From: the human T2T-CHM13v2.0 reference genome, Homo sapiens
Strand: one strand, 5' to 3'
NCBI RefSeq assembly: GCF_009914755.1
Contig: NC_060948.1
DNA: 64,000 nt
Part shown: in pieces, positions 1 to 15,826 of the stretch
Numbering within the stretch: position 1 is the stretch's first letter
Layout of the letters: the number at the start of each line of letters is the position of its first letter
Position numbers and translations under genes: made by a program
Notes under the pieces: model-generated
What the model was told of the DNA's origin: nothing
Databases searched by the model: none
Seen by the model: the letters and a program-made list of their open reading frames with translations, nothing else

Positions 1-304
1 ATGCTATGTCTTTTGGGGACACTGTGAGGCCAGCATCAGAACACATGAGATAGGGACAGCAATAGGATCCATATAGAAGGAGGCAGTTTAAAGCAAAGAG
101 GAAAATAGGGTAACAGGGTAAAGGGCAGATTGAAAGGTCTGGTTCAGTGCCAAAGGAAGAGGACAGTGGACATTGTAAGGTCCTCACTGACTCAGGATAG
201 TGAGTTACATGTTCAGTGCTGCAGAATAACTGGATGAAGATCTGGAAGTAGTTGGGAAATAAGAATTCAGAATTGATCAACCTTGCTAGTATCCCAGTTC
301 CTTG

Positions 305-480
305 TATTGAGCAGGTAACATGTGCCAGGTGTATTGTGAAGTACCTTACTGCACTATCCATAGTCAGGATTTCATTTAATCTACATCACATGAGCCATCT
401 CAAGAAGGATAATGTTTTCTTGCCCATTTTCCAGATAAAGAAAGCAAAGATTTAGAGAGATGATAACCAAGTATTTTCAG
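305..480 (-). mobile_element. MIR SINE fragment
   Basis: Reverse MIR motifs tattgagc..gtgccagg, ttcatttaatct, cccattttccagataaagaaa. Confidence 0.65.
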
Positions 481-514
481 GCAAGTATTCCAACTCCAGT
501 GCATACCCCCCTTT

Positions 515-686
515 AAAAAATGTTTTTAAGAGATGAGGTCTTGCTATGTTGCCCAGGCTGGAGTGCAGCGGCAATTCACAGGGATGATCATAAGATCATA
601 GCACACAGTACAGTCACTCAAGAAATCCTCCTGCCACAGCCTCCTGAGTAGCTGGGACTACAGACACATGCCACCAACTCTGGCTA
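515..686 (-). mobile_element. FAM (fossil Alu monomer) with TSD
   Basis: Monomer retains the 7SL-like segment gcagcggcaattcacagg; flanked by ccagtgcataccccc (496) and ccagtgcacaccccc (687). Confidence 0.8.
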
Positions 687-1592
687 CCAGTGCACACCCC
701 CTTAAGCACCACATGAATGATTAGACTGTTCACATAAATGTTGAAGTATAAAGAAGGAAGCATAAGCTATAAATGGGACCCACCCTACATGGGTAGGGAG
801 AGAGAAGAGGCAGGGTAGGGGGCAACTGGAGAAGTCACACCATCCCAGTTCACATGAATGCCAAGGAGGACTGCTGTCATAGGAAGGCTGGTGTTGAATG
901 CCTCCTGGCCCTGTTGAGCTGTTCCAGGTGAGCCAGCCAGGTGCAACAGCTTCCTGTTGTCCTGTGTCCCCATTTAGGGACTAAGAAGGGCTTTCTGCTG
1001 CTGTAGTCAGCACATAGCTGTGAAGCTGTTTGGTTTGACTCAGTATGAGAATGCAAGTCAGGTTCTGACTGTTCTCTTTGGCCAAGAGTGCAGTGGGTAC
1101 CTAGGTAATTTGTAAAGGGTAGTTTATCTGATCCTGCTTGGCCACGTGAAATGTCTTTAACAAAGGAATTGAGCTTTGGCCTTATTAAGTCACATACAGC
1201 AATAGTAGACATAGTGAGACCCCTGTACTACAAGGTGCTATATTATTTATTTGGAGGGTTTGTTTGGTTTGTTTCCTTTTTTGTACTAAATTGCTGGAAA
1301 AACTTGATGGGGAGTACTTTTTATTTTTAATACTAGAGGTATTTATTTTTCCATTGCATAGAACAGTACGTTGTTCCTTAATTTTCAGGTAATTTCAAGT
1401 ATTTTCTGCTGCTACTAAAAGAAGCAGTCTTCTTCTGGGGATATATATTTTTGTGCTGGTGGTTGATTTGTTCATTTGTTGAATTTATGTTTACTGATCA
1501 TCTTCTATAGACCAGCTATCATGTCAGCACTAGGAAAACATCCATGAACAGGACAGGTACAGTCCTCAAGGAACTTGCCCCAACTCCCTAAC

Positions 1593-1885
1593 TTTTTTTT
1601 TTGAGGTAGGGTCTCTGGCTTAGCCCAGGCTGGAGTGTCGTGGTGAATTCATAGCTCGCTGCAGCCTCTAACACCTGGGCTCAAGAAGTCCTCCCGCATC
1701 AGCCTCCTGAGTAGCTGGGACTACAGGTGTGCACCACCACACCCAGCTAATATTGTGTACAGACAAGGTCTCACTATGTTGCTTAAGCTGGTCTCCAAGT
1801 TCTGGGCTCAAGTGAGCCTCCCACTTGAGGCCAGCACTTGAGCCTCTCAATGTGCTGGAATTACAGGCAGGAACTATGGCATCCA
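1593..1885 (-). mobile_element. AluJ-type element
   Basis: T-tract, then a diverged Alu dimer with the J-like catagctcgctgcagcctc and gctcaag motifs. Confidence 0.85.
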
Positions 1886-1973
1886 TACAAACTTGTATTC
1901 TTTGAGGACACAGATGTGAATAGATTAATTAGTAAGATGGTTTCGACACTGGAACTAGTTGTGATAATGCTGA

Positions 1974-2373
<400 letters not shown>

Positions 2374-2392
2374 TGGGCATTATTGAAAGGAG

Positions 2393-2699
2393 TTTTATTG
2401 AGATATAATTCACATATCAGATAATTAATTCATTTAAAGGCTGCAGTTTAATTTAATTTTATTTTTCAGTAATTTACAGGGCTGTACAAGCATCACCAGT
2501 TTCTAATTTTAGAATACATTTGTACCCCAGGAGAAAAAACTCCATACTCATTACAGCAGGCCCTCTCAACCTCTCTTCCCCTTCCACGCTTAGGCAACCC
2601 CAATCTACTTTCTGTCTGTAAATATATGCCTATTCTGAACATTTCAAATAAATGTCTTCTGTGACTGGCTGTTTTTGCTTAGATAATGTTTTTAGTCTC

Positions 2700-2700
<1 letters not shown>
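2393..2700 (-). mobile_element. Old L1M (L1MB/MC-like) 3' end fragment
   Basis: ttttattgagatataattcacata ... aatctactttctgtctg ... tattctgaacatttca. Confidence 0.75.
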
Positions 2701-4637
<1,937 letters not shown>

Positions 4638-4639
4638 TA

Positions 4640-6975
4640 GTAGAAGAGTGTCCTGCACAGTGGAGACACAGGGAGCATGTCCTGCACAGGGGAGAAACAG
4701 AAAGTGTGTGCTGTATAAGGGAGAAACCAGAAGTGTGTTATCTGCAGTGGTGACACAGGTTGTGTGTCCTACATAGGGGACAAACAGAAAATGTGTCCTT
4801 AACAGGGGAGAAGAGCATCCTGCACAGTGAAGGAACATAAAGGGTATGCTGAACAGGGGAGGAACAGAAAGTGTGCCCTGAACAGAAGAGGAACAGAAAG
4901 TGCATCCTGCCTAGAAGAGTAACAGGAAGTTTGTCCTGCACAGGGGAGAAACAGGAAGTGTGTCCCCAGCAGGGAAGACACAGGAAGTGTCTCCCTAACA
5001 TGGGAGAAAAAGGAAGTGTGTCCTTAACAGGGGAGAAATAGGAAGTATTTCCTGCACAGTGGAGACACAGAAAATATGTCCAGCAGAGGGGAGGAACAAG
5101 AAGTGTGTCCTACACAGTAGAGGTGCAGAAAGTGTGTGCTGCATGGGGGTGAATGAAGAAGTGTGTCTGCCAGAGAGGAACTACAGGAAGTGTCTCCAGT
5201 AGAAGAAAGAAACAGGAAGTATGCCCTGCCTAGTGGAGGAAGAGAAATTTTGTCCTCCACAGGGGAGAAACAGGAAGTTTGCTTTTAACTGGGTAGAAAC
5301 AGGAAGTATGTCCTTTTCAGTGGAGAAAAAGAATGTATGTGGGGCACAAGGGAGAAAGAGGAAGTATGACCCTACAGGGGAGACACAGGAAGTGTGTCCT
5401 GGAGAGGGAGAAACAAGAAGTGTATGGAGCACATGGAGAAAAAGGATGTATGTGGGGCACAAGGGAGAAAGTGGAATTATGACCCCACAGGGGAGACACA
5501 GGAAGTGTGTCCTGGAAAGGGAGAAACAAGAAGTGTGTGGAGCACATGGGAGAAACAGGAAGTGCATCCTTAACAGGACAAACAAGAAGTGTGTCCTGAA
5601 CAGGTTAGGAAGAGTAAGTATGTACCCGACAGAGAAGACACAAGAACTGTGTTCTTAGCAGGGGAGAAACAGGAAGTGTGTCCTTAGCTGAGGAGAAACT
5701 GCAAGTGTGTCCTTAACAGGAGAGAAATAGGAAGTGTGTCCTGCACAGTGGAGGAACAGAAAGTGTGTGTTATGTAGGGGAGAAAGAGAAAGTGTATCCC
5801 CCAAAGAGGAGAATCAGGAAATGTGTCTTGCACAGGAAAGGAGCAGAAAGTGTCTGCTGCACAGGGGAGAAACCAGAAGTATGTTACCCTTAGTGGGGAC
5901 AAAGAAAGTGTGACCTGGAACAAAAAATAGGAAGTGTGTCCTTAACAGGAGAAATAGGAAGTATGTCTTGCACAGAGGAGGAACAGAAAGTTTTTGCTGT
6001 ACTGGGAAGAATCAGGAAGTGTGTCTTGCACAGAAGAAAAACAGAAAGTATGTTCTGCCTAGAGAAGTAATAGCAAGTGAGTCGGCCACAGTGGAGACAA
6101 AGGAAGTGTGTCCTGCAAAGAGGAGGAACAGGAAGTTTGTCTGCCTCAGGAGAGTAACAGGAAATATGTTCCTTCTCTTGCAGAGAGGAGGAACAGAAAA
6201 TATGTTGCACAGAGGAGATGCCAAAAGTCTGTTACCTACAGTGGTGACACAAGAAGTGTGTCCTATGTAGGGGAGAAACAAGAAGTGTGTCCCACACAAG
6301 AGAGACACAGAAACTGTGTCCTGCAAAGGAAAGGAACAGAAAGTGTGAGCAGCAAAGGGAAGAAACAGGAAATGTGCCCCTCACAGGGAAGACATAAGAA
6401 TTGTGTCCTGCACAGGAAAGTAACAGAAAGTATGTTAGGCACAGCATAGAAGCAGGAAGTGTGTCCTGCACAGAAGAGGAACAGAGAGTGTGTTGCACGT
6501 GAGAGAAACCAGAACTGTGTTACACACAGGGGCGACAGAGGAAGTGTGTCCTGCACGTGGGAGAAAGAGGAAGTGAGTCCCACACAGATGAGACACAGGA
6601 AGTGTGTTCCACACAGCAAAGACACAGGAAGATTGTGCTGCACAGGGGAGAAAGAGGAAGTGTGTGCTGCACAGGGGAGAAACAGAAAGTATGTCCTGCA
6701 CAAGGGAGGAACAGGAAGTGTGGCCTGCTTAAGGAAGAAAAAGAAAGTTTGTACTGCACAAGCAATGATGAAACAGTGCGTCCTGCACAGAAGAGGAATA
6801 GAAAGTGTGTGCTACACCAGGGAAAAACAGGCAGAGTGTCATGAACATGAAACACAGGAAGTGTGTCCTGCACAGAGGAGGAACAGAAAGTGTGTGCTGG
6901 ACAGGGGAGGAACAGGAAGTGTGTCCTGAACCAAAGATGAACAGAAAGTGCCTCCTGCCCAGTAAAGTAACAGGA
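4640..6975 (-). repeat. ~29-bp satellite block 2 (inverted, purine-rich on + strand)
   Basis: Units of CCTGCACAGGGGAGAAACAGGAAGTGTGT, the reverse complement of block 1. Confidence 0.95.
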
Positions 6976-7126
6976 ATGAAATAGTTAAATTTTTGGTTTT
7001 AATTTAAGTTTTAGAAAATTACCAAAAAAGAAGCATATACAAAATCCAGAGTGTAAACTTCCCATGTTTGAGAAAACAGTGAATAGCCAGAGAATGGTCA
7101 GTGACACTACCTGAGATACTGCAGTC

Positions 7127-7857
7127 ATGTGGGCGCATTTCTTTCACATTGCCCTCCACCCTAGAAGGTTGACATGGGTAAGAGAGGGAGGGGCAGGGAG
7201 AGTGCGTGGGTCTGTCTGTCTGGAGCTGTTGGCAAGACTGCACAAACAGCAGTGTTCATGTGATGCCACCTATTGTTTCATCCCACCCTGCTATCAGGAG
7301 GCATTGTAGTACCTCTGCAGTACTCAAAGGCATAATCTGAATGAACTTGAAAATAACCTGAAGTCTGTGATGCTAACCTAAATTTTAAAGAAGGTGACAA
7401 ACATACTGTCCTCATTAGTGCTGTCCAATTTCCACATTCAGAAGTCTGGTTGTCATTTGGAAGAATCTGTTCTCTGTGCCTGGTCGAGCACAGTGGGTGG
7501 CTTATGCCTGTAATACCAGCACTTTGGGAAGTCAAGGCAGTTGGATCACTTGAGGTCAGGAGTTCAAAACTAGTCTGGCCCACATGGTGATACCCCATCT
7601 CCATAAAAAATACAAAAATTATCCAGGTGTGGTGGTGCACGCCTGTTGTGGATGCACTTTTTTACGTTACCCTCCACCCCAGATGGTTGACACAGGTAAA
7701 AGAAGGGCAGGGAGAGTTCATGGGTCTGTCTGGAGCTGTTGACAAGATTGTCCTAACAGTAGTGCTCATGTGATGCCATCTGTTGTTTCACCTCACCTGG
7801 CTATCAGGGGGCATTATAGTACCTCTTCAGCACTCAAAGGCATAGTCTGAGTGAACT
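7127..7857. repeat. Diverged ~220-bp direct repeat (7127-7346 and 7646-7857) in the spacer between satellite blocks
   Basis: Shared gggcagggagagt, gtctggagctgttg, catgtgatgcca, tagtacctct, ctcaaaggcata. Confidence 0.9.
7477..7645 (+). mobile_element. 3'-truncated AluS-type (left monomer plus start of right monomer)
   Basis: ggatcacttgaggtcaggagttc ... aaaaatacaaaaatt ... ends abruptly at gcacgcctgt. Confidence 0.85.
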
Positions 7858-7859
7858 CC

Positions 7860-10800
7860 TACCATGTGCCTGACACACTTCCTGTTTCTTCCCTGCTTAG
7901 AGCACACTTGCTGTGTCTCCTCTGTATGGGACACATTTCTTGTTTTTCCCCTGTGCAGCACACATTTTCTGTTTCTCCCTGTGCATGACACACTTACTGC
8001 TTCTCCTCTGTGCACTACACACATCCTGTTCCTCTCCTGTGCAGTTCACTCTTTCTGTTCCTTGGCTGTACAGGACATATTTCTTCTTAGTCTCCTGAGA
8101 TAGACCCACTTCCTGTTCTTCTTCTGTTCAGGACATACTTCCTATGTCTCCTCTGTGCATGCCACACTTCCTATTTCCGCCCTGTGAAGCACACACTTTC
8201 TGTTCCTCTGCTGGACATGCCACGCTTCCTATTTCTGACCTGTGCAGTACACACTTTCTGTTCCTCCTCTGTGCAGGGTGCACTTTCTGTTCTTCCCATG
8301 TGCCTGACACACTTTTTGTTTCTTCTCTGTGCAGGACACACTTCCTAAGTATCCCCTGTGAGAGACACACTCCGTCTTTCTCCTCTGTGTAGCACACACT
8401 TTCTATTCCTACACTCTGCAGGACACACTTCCTGTGCATCCCTTGTTCATGACACTTTTCTTGTTTCCTGGTGCAGCATGCACTTTCTGTTTCTCCTCTG
8501 TTCAGGACCCACTTCCTGTTTTTTCCCTGAGCAAGACACACTTCCTTTTTCCCCGTGTGCAGCACAAACTTTCTGTTACTCTCCTGAGGCAGACACACTT
8601 ACTATTCCTCCCCTGTGCAGGACATACTTTCTGTGTCTCCCCTGTACGTGCCACACTTCGTGTTTCTGTCCTGTGCAGCGCATACTTTCTGTTCCTGCTC
8701 TTTGCAGGACACACTTCCTGTTTTTCCCATGTACCTGACACACTTCATGTTTCCTGTCTGTGTAGGACACACTTCCTGAGTCTCTCCTGTGAGAGACACA
8801 GGTCCCCTTTCTCCTCTGTGTAGCACACACTTTCTGTTCCTCTCCTCTGCAGGACACACTTCCTGTGTGTTCCTTGTTCATTGGACTTTTCTTGTTTCTT
8901 TGCATTGCAGCACATACTTTCTGTTTCTTTTCTGTTCAGGACACACTTCCTATTTCTCCTCTGTACACCACACACTTCCTGTTCCTCCCATCTGCAGGGC
9001 ACACTTCCTGTGTCTCTCCTGTGTGGAACATACTTCCTTTTGCTCCCCTGTGCAGCACATTTCCTGTTCCTCCTCTTTCATGACGTACTTCCTGAGTCTT
9101 CCCTGTGCATGCCACTCTCCTGTTTCTCCCCTGTGCAGGACACCTTCCTGTGTCTTTCCCGTGAGAGACATAGCTCCTCTTTCTCCTTGTTGCAGCATAC
9201 ACTGTCTGTTCCTCCACTATGCAGGACACACTTTCTGTATGTTCCTTGTTCATGACATTTTTCCTCTTTGTCCCCAGTGCACCACACACTTTCTGTTCCT
9301 TCTCTGTTCAGGACACACTTCTTGTTACTCCCATGTGCCTGACACACTTTCTGTTTCTTCCCTTTATGGAACACACTTCCTGTGTCTCCGCTCTGTGGGA
9401 AACACTTCTTGTTTTTCTTCTGTGCAGCACATGTTTTTTGTTCCTCCCCTGTGCATGACACCTTTTCTGTTTCTCCCATGTGCCTGGCACATTTCCTGTT
9501 TCTTCCTTGTGCAGGACACACTTTCTGTTACTTTCCTGAGACAGACCCACTTACTGTGACTCTCCTGTGAGAGACACACTTCCTGTGTCTCTGTTGTGCA
9601 TGCCACACTTCCTGTTTTGGCTCTGTGGAGCATACACTTTTTGTTCTTCCTTTGTGCAGGACACACTCCTGTGTTTCCCATGTGCCTGAAATACTTCCTG
9701 TTTCTCCTGTGTTCGGGACACAATTTGTGAGTCTCACCTGTGAAAGACACACTTCCTCTTTCTCCTCCGTGTAACACATACTTTCCGTTCCTTCACTGTG
9801 CAGGACACACTTCCTGTATGTCCCTTGTTCATGACACTTTTCTTTTTTCTCCCCTGCAAAGCACACACTTTCCTTTCCTCCTCTGTTCAAGACACACCTC
9901 CTATTTCTCCCATGTGCCTGACACACTTCCTGTTTCTTCCCTTTGCTGGACACACTTCCTTTGTCTCCCCTGTGTGGGAAATACATCTTGTTTTTCCACT
10001 GTGCAGCACACACTATCTGTGCATTATACACTTCCTGTCTCTCCCATATACCTGACACACTTCCTGCTTTTTCCCTGTGCAGAACACACTTCTTGTTACT
10101 CTCCTGAAACAGACACACTTCCTATTCTTCCTCCTGTGTAAGACATAGTTTTTGTGTCTCTCCTGTGAGGGACACACTTCGTTTTTCTCCCCTGAGCAAC
10201 ACACACTTTCTGTTCTTTGTGCAGGACACTTTCTGTTTCTCCCATGTGCCTGACACGTTTCCCATTTCTCCCTTGTGCAGGACACTTTTCCTGTGTCTCT
10301 CTTATGAGGGACACATTTCCTCTTTCTCCTTTGTGCAGCACAAATTTTCTGTTCCTCCACTGTGCAGGACACAGTTCCTGTATGTCACATATTTATGGCA
10401 CTTTTTATGTTTCTCCCCAGTGCAGCAGACACTTTCTGTTCCTCCTCTGGTTGGAACACACTTCCTGCTTCTCCCATGTTCCTGTTACACTTCTTGTTTC
10501 TTACTGGTGCCTGAGACACAGTTCCTCTGTTTTCCCTGTGAGGGACATACTTCTTTCTCTTCTGTGCAGCACACAATTTCTCTTCTACTATGTGGGATGC
10601 ACTTCTTGTGTATCTCCTGTTCATGACACTTCCTGTTTCTTCCAAGAGCAGCACACGCTTTCTGGTCCTCATCTGTGCAGGACACACTTTCTTATTCTCT
10701 CTGTGCAGAACACACTTCCTGTTTCATCTCAGAACAGGCCACACTTCCTGTTTTTCCCCTGTGTAGCACACACTTTTCTTCCTTTTCTTCAGGACACACT

Positions 10801-12110
10801 TTCTGTTTCTCTGCTATGCCCAACATATTTCCCATTTCTTCCATGTGCAGGACACACTTCCTGTGTTTCTCCTGTGACACAGGAGAAAAAGGATACACTT
10901 CCTTTTTCTTCCCTGTACAGCCCACACTTTCTGTTCCTTCCCTGTGCAAGACACACTTCCTTATTTCCCCTATGCAGGACACACTTCCTTTTCTCTCCTA
11001 TGCAGGATACACTTTCTATGTCACTGTAGACGTTAGCACACATCTGGTTTCTTTCCTGTGCAGCTCACTTTCTGTTCCTCCTCTGTACTGGACACACTTT
11101 CTGTTCCTCCATTGTCCCAACACATTTCCTGTTTCTCCCTTGTGCCCGACACAGTTCCTGTTTCTCCCTTGTACCTGATGTCCCCTCTGAGGGACACAAT
11201 TCTTATTTCTCCCCTGTGCAGCACTCACTTCTTGCTCCTTCCCTATGCAGCAAACACTTCTGTGTCTCCCCTGTGGGTAATACACTTCCTGTTTCTCCTC
11301 TGTGCAACACACTTTCTGTTCCTCTCATGCACAGGACACACTGTTTCTCTCCTCAGCAAGACACACTTCCTGTGTCTACCCTGTGAGGGACACAGTTCCT
11401 CTCGCTCCCTTGTGCAGCCCACGCTTTCTGTTCCTTCTCTGTGCAGGAAAAACTTCCTGTTACTGTGCTGTACATTCCACACTCCCTGTTACTCCCCTGT
11501 GCAGCACACGTTCTGTTCCTTCCATGTGCCTGACATACTGTTTCTCTTCTCTGCAGAACACACTTCCTCTTTCTCCCCTGCTCCTCATACGCTGTTATTC
11601 TCAAAAGACAGACACATTTCCTGTTTTCCCCTCTTTAGGATGTACTTTCTATTTCTCTTCTGTCCTGGACACACTTCCTGTTTCTCTACTGTTTGGGACA
11701 CACTTCTGGTTTTTCCCTTGTGCAGCAAACACTATTCTTCCTTTCTGCAGGACACTCCTTCTGTTTCTCTCCTATGCAGAACACACTTTCTGGCCCTCCA
11801 ATATGCAAAAACTTTTCCTATTTCTCCCCTGTGGGGGACACACTTCCTCTTTTTCTTCTATTCCTGACACACTTCTTCTTTCTTCTTTGAACTGGCCATA
11901 CTTCCTGTTCTTCTTCTGTTGCCACACTTCCTGTTTCTACCATGTGCCCAACATACTTCCTGCTTCTTCTGTCTGTACAACTATTTCCTGTGTCTTCCTT
12001 TGGGGGACACAGTTCCTCTTTCTACCCTGTGCAGCACACTTTCTATTCCTCCACTGCAGGACTGACTTTCTGTTCCTTTTCTGAGTAGGATATATTTCCT
12101 GTGTCTCTGT
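7860..12110 (+). repeat. ~29-bp satellite block 3 (pyrimidine-rich on + strand)
   Basis: Same unit as block 1, with recurring variant monomers gttcatgacac and ctcctgagacagac. Confidence 0.95.
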
Positions 12111-12615
12111 GAGAAACAAGTATGTCAAGCACAGGGGAGGAACAGAAAGTGTGTGCTGCACAAGGGAGAAACCAAAAGAGTGTCATGAACAGGGGACATA
12201 CAGGAAGTGTGTCCTGCACAGTAGGCCAACAGAAAATATGTGCTGCACAGTGGAAAATAAGGAAGTGTGTCCCCCAAATGGGAGACACTGGCAGTGTTTC
12301 CTGCAGAGGGGAGAAACAGGAAGTGTGTCAGGCACATGGGAGAAACAGAAAGTGTGTCCTTAACAGGGGAAGAACAGGAAGTGTGGCCTCTTCAAGGAAG
12401 AAAGAGGAAGTATGTCCTGCACAACAGAGACATAAGAAGTGTGTCCTGCACAGGGAAGGAAGAGAGAGTGTGTGCTGCACAGGGGAAAGGCCAGAAGTGT
12501 GTTACCCACAGGGGCGACACAGAAAGTGTGTTTGGCCTAAGGGAGAAACAGGAAATGTATCCTTAAAAGAGGAGAAACCGGAAGTGTGTCCTTAACAGGG
12601 GAGAAATAGGAAATA
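12111..12615 (-). repeat. ~29-bp satellite block 4 (inverted)
   Basis: Purine-rich units gagaaacaggaagtgtgtcc. Confidence 0.95.
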
Positions 12616-14889
12616 TTCAAAGAATATTTCCATATATTTAATTTATATATCATTGGTTTTGTTTACATATAGCTGTATATGTGTGTGTTTATACATATTT
12701 ATTCAAAATAGGCTTGTCTACAAAGCAAATTAACATGTTATTAATATATTATAAAATCACACATACACGCATATACACATCATTCTGAGAAAAAAGAAAG
12801 ACAGTAATTTCTTCACTTTTTAGTAGAACTCACAATAAACTTTCAATGGAGATGCTTTTTTAAGAAAAACATTTAACAATTTTTTAAAAAACTTTAAGTT
12901 TTTTTTAAAAATCTTTTTTAAAAAAAACTTTAAAGCATTCTGTCCATAAATGTAGAGTTCAAAGCTCTGTCATCTCCAGTTTTATTATTATTATTGTTAA
13001 AATGTGGCACCCTTCTCATATTTTGTCATTCATCTAACTTTGATGATTGTATTTGAGGTAGAAAACAAACTTTTTAATGGTGGTGGAGTGAGAATAACAT
13101 ATGAAATGTGATACATGACTTAACACACACAGACTGGTTTCAGGAATATTGATGGATGTTTGTCCCAACACATGTCTGCAAATGCCTTTTCTCCCCATGC
13201 AGATGAGAGAATTTGACAGGTCTTGCAGTTGAGGGCCATCTGATGATAGCTGTGGAATCTAACGTGTCTTGAGTTTCCTAGGGTTTGTCTTCTTTAGCTG
13301 TGTTAGGATGATGGAGACAAGTCTCTCAGTTGCCTGTGAATCCTTTTATACATTATTCAAGAAGGTTTGATGGTAGAATAAATTACTCTAGTACTAACCG
13401 AGGTCTCTCTACAAACCCATGATAAATCATTTTCTATTTGAAAAGCTAACCATTTATCACAAAAAATAAGTAAATAAATTATCCTCTTCTGAGGACTCCA
13501 ATATATACACATTGAATAAATTGGCCTGCCTTTTCTCTTATTAAAAAATAAAAATAAATAAAAAGTAAATTCTCCTCTTTAGGTGTGTGTGTGTGTGAGA
13601 GAGAGTGTGTGTGTGTTTGTGTCTTCTGATGGAACCTACATTTTTCCCTTCCCAAATGTGTCTGATTCCTCATTTTCTCCATTTATTATATATGTATCAA
13701 TAAAACATTTTTCTTTCTTGTATCTGGACCATTTTGAAGAGCTGAACCCTTTTTTCTTACAATATTTCATTATCCATTTGCAAACTGAACAGCTGAAAGG
13801 ATAATGGACACCTACATGAGGTTCAACGTGGCTTACTCAAGGGTATCTGACCCTACACAAAAAGTAGAACCATTTTACCATTAAATTAAAAGATTTAGAT
13901 AGCTAATCAGAACAAATGAAACTACAAAAAGGATTTTTTTTTACCATAATTGTACATTTCATTTTGTTTCAGTTAGAGGGTTCATTGCAGCAGTGCCTGC
14001 TGTGTTGTTTAATTTTCGGATCTATGTTGATGTGAGCTCTGCATTACCATGAACCCAAACATCAGAAATCCAAAGATCTTGTGTTAACATTTACTATTAG
14101 ACACATGATGAAAGCAAGTTTAAAGGTACTTACTTATGCCTGACAAATATCTTTTAATTTTTTCAAACTAATTTTAAAGACTTGAAAGGGCCTTTTATAA
14201 ACTGCTTCTACAAATAACTGAAATAATTCCAAATGGGACAGTGGGCCAGCTCAATTTTGAGGATATTGGTGAGGAGAAGTTATGAAAGGAAGAAATTTAA
14301 ACATCAGAAGTCTAGGGTGGTAATTTCATGGAAAGACATACCCAAAGTCATAAATATCACAATCCTCAGAATGTACTAAAACAAGATCTTGTATTTATGT
14401 TTGTGTTTTTTGTTTATTCTTAATAACACTCAGGTTAGACAGGAATGTTAAGCTGTTCATTATTGTATCTAAGGAGCCCATATTTATAACTCCTTACCTG
14501 CAAGACATTTCAATCTATGTCATTGCTATATCACACATATCAGGAAAAAAGCTTCCATGATTTTCTCTTTAGAATGTTTCATCTTTTCAACACACACACA
14601 CATACATCATTCGTTTTATTTGTTTATTTGTTTTGTTTTCTATTAACAATGACTTTGAAATAAGAACACTTGATTTTCAGACACATAAATCTACATTATG
14701 AAATGTTTGTTTACAGCATTTCTAGTTAACACCTATTCATAGGTCACCATCCATGGATGTGAAGGACATTTAAAAACACTAGATGATTTGCTCACTTTTG
14801 GAGAACATACTATCAACCAACTTGAATAATTATTTTAGAACTGAAATGTCCTATATGGTATCTGATAGTCAAAAGTGACTATTCTACCA

Positions 14890-14968
14890 TGAAATAAAAT
14901 GAAATCAAATTTAAAACTCTAGTTTCTCAGTCACACTAGCTGTAGTTCAAGGGATCAATAGTCACATT
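14890..14968. mobile_element. hAT-Charlie MER3/MER33-like fragment
   Basis: tttctcagtcacactagc...ttcaagggatcaatagtcacat. Confidence 0.5.
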
Positions 14969-15353
14969 TCAAGGGATCAATAGTTTCCTGAACATGATAT
15001 AACAAATGACCTGAAACAGTGCGGTTTAAACCAGACTTTCTTTCTGTCTCACAGTTCTGGAGGCCAGAAATTGAAGATCAAGGTCACAGCATGATTGGTT
15101 CATTTTGAAATCTTGAAGGAAGAAACTATTATGTGCCTCCCTCTCAATTTATGGTGATGATTGTTGGTTCTTGGCATTATTTGGCTTGTGGCTGTATCTC
15201 TCCTATATCTGCGTCCATCGTCAAAGGGTATACTTACTGGGTGTCTCTATATCCAGTTTCTCTTTTTCTTGTAAAGACACCAGTCATTCAATGCCAGCCC
15301 ACTTTAATTCAGTATGAATGCACTTTAACTTGACTACATCCGCAAAGCCCCTG

Positions 15354-15552
15354 TGTATTAGTCCGTTCTCAGATTGCTATGAAGAAATACCTGAGACTGG
15401 GTAATGTAAACAGAAAAGAGATTCAATTGTCTCAGGGTTCTGCAGGCTATACAGGAAGCATGGCATCATCTGATTCTGGGGAGGCCTCAGGGAGTTTTTA
15501 TTTATGGAGGAAGGCAGCAGTGAGAGCAGGTGTCTCACATGGCATAAGCAGA

Positions 15553-15584
<32 letters not shown>

Positions 15585-15788
15585 TGACGGAGGTGCCACA
15601 CACTTCTAAACAACCAGGTTTCATGAGAACTCACTGACTATACAGTACTGGTTGTGGTGGGGTGGGGCTAAACCATTCATGAGAAATCTGCCCCATGATC
15701 CAGTCACCTCCCTCCAGGCCTTATCTACAACACTGAGGACTACAATTCAACATGAGATTTGGGAAGGGACAGAGAGTGAAACTGTATT
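15354..15788 (-). mobile_element. MST (MSTA/MSTB) MaLR solo LTR
   Basis: tgtattagtccgttctc..gaaatacctgagactgggtaat ... acaattcaacatgagatttgg. Confidence 0.85.
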
Positions 15789-15826
15789 GCTCTAATTACA
15801 AATAAGGTCACTTTCTGAATTACTGC

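Noticed and set aside
12855-12935. A/T-run inverted repeats
   Set aside because: Low-complexity sequence; self-complementarity is expected by chance.
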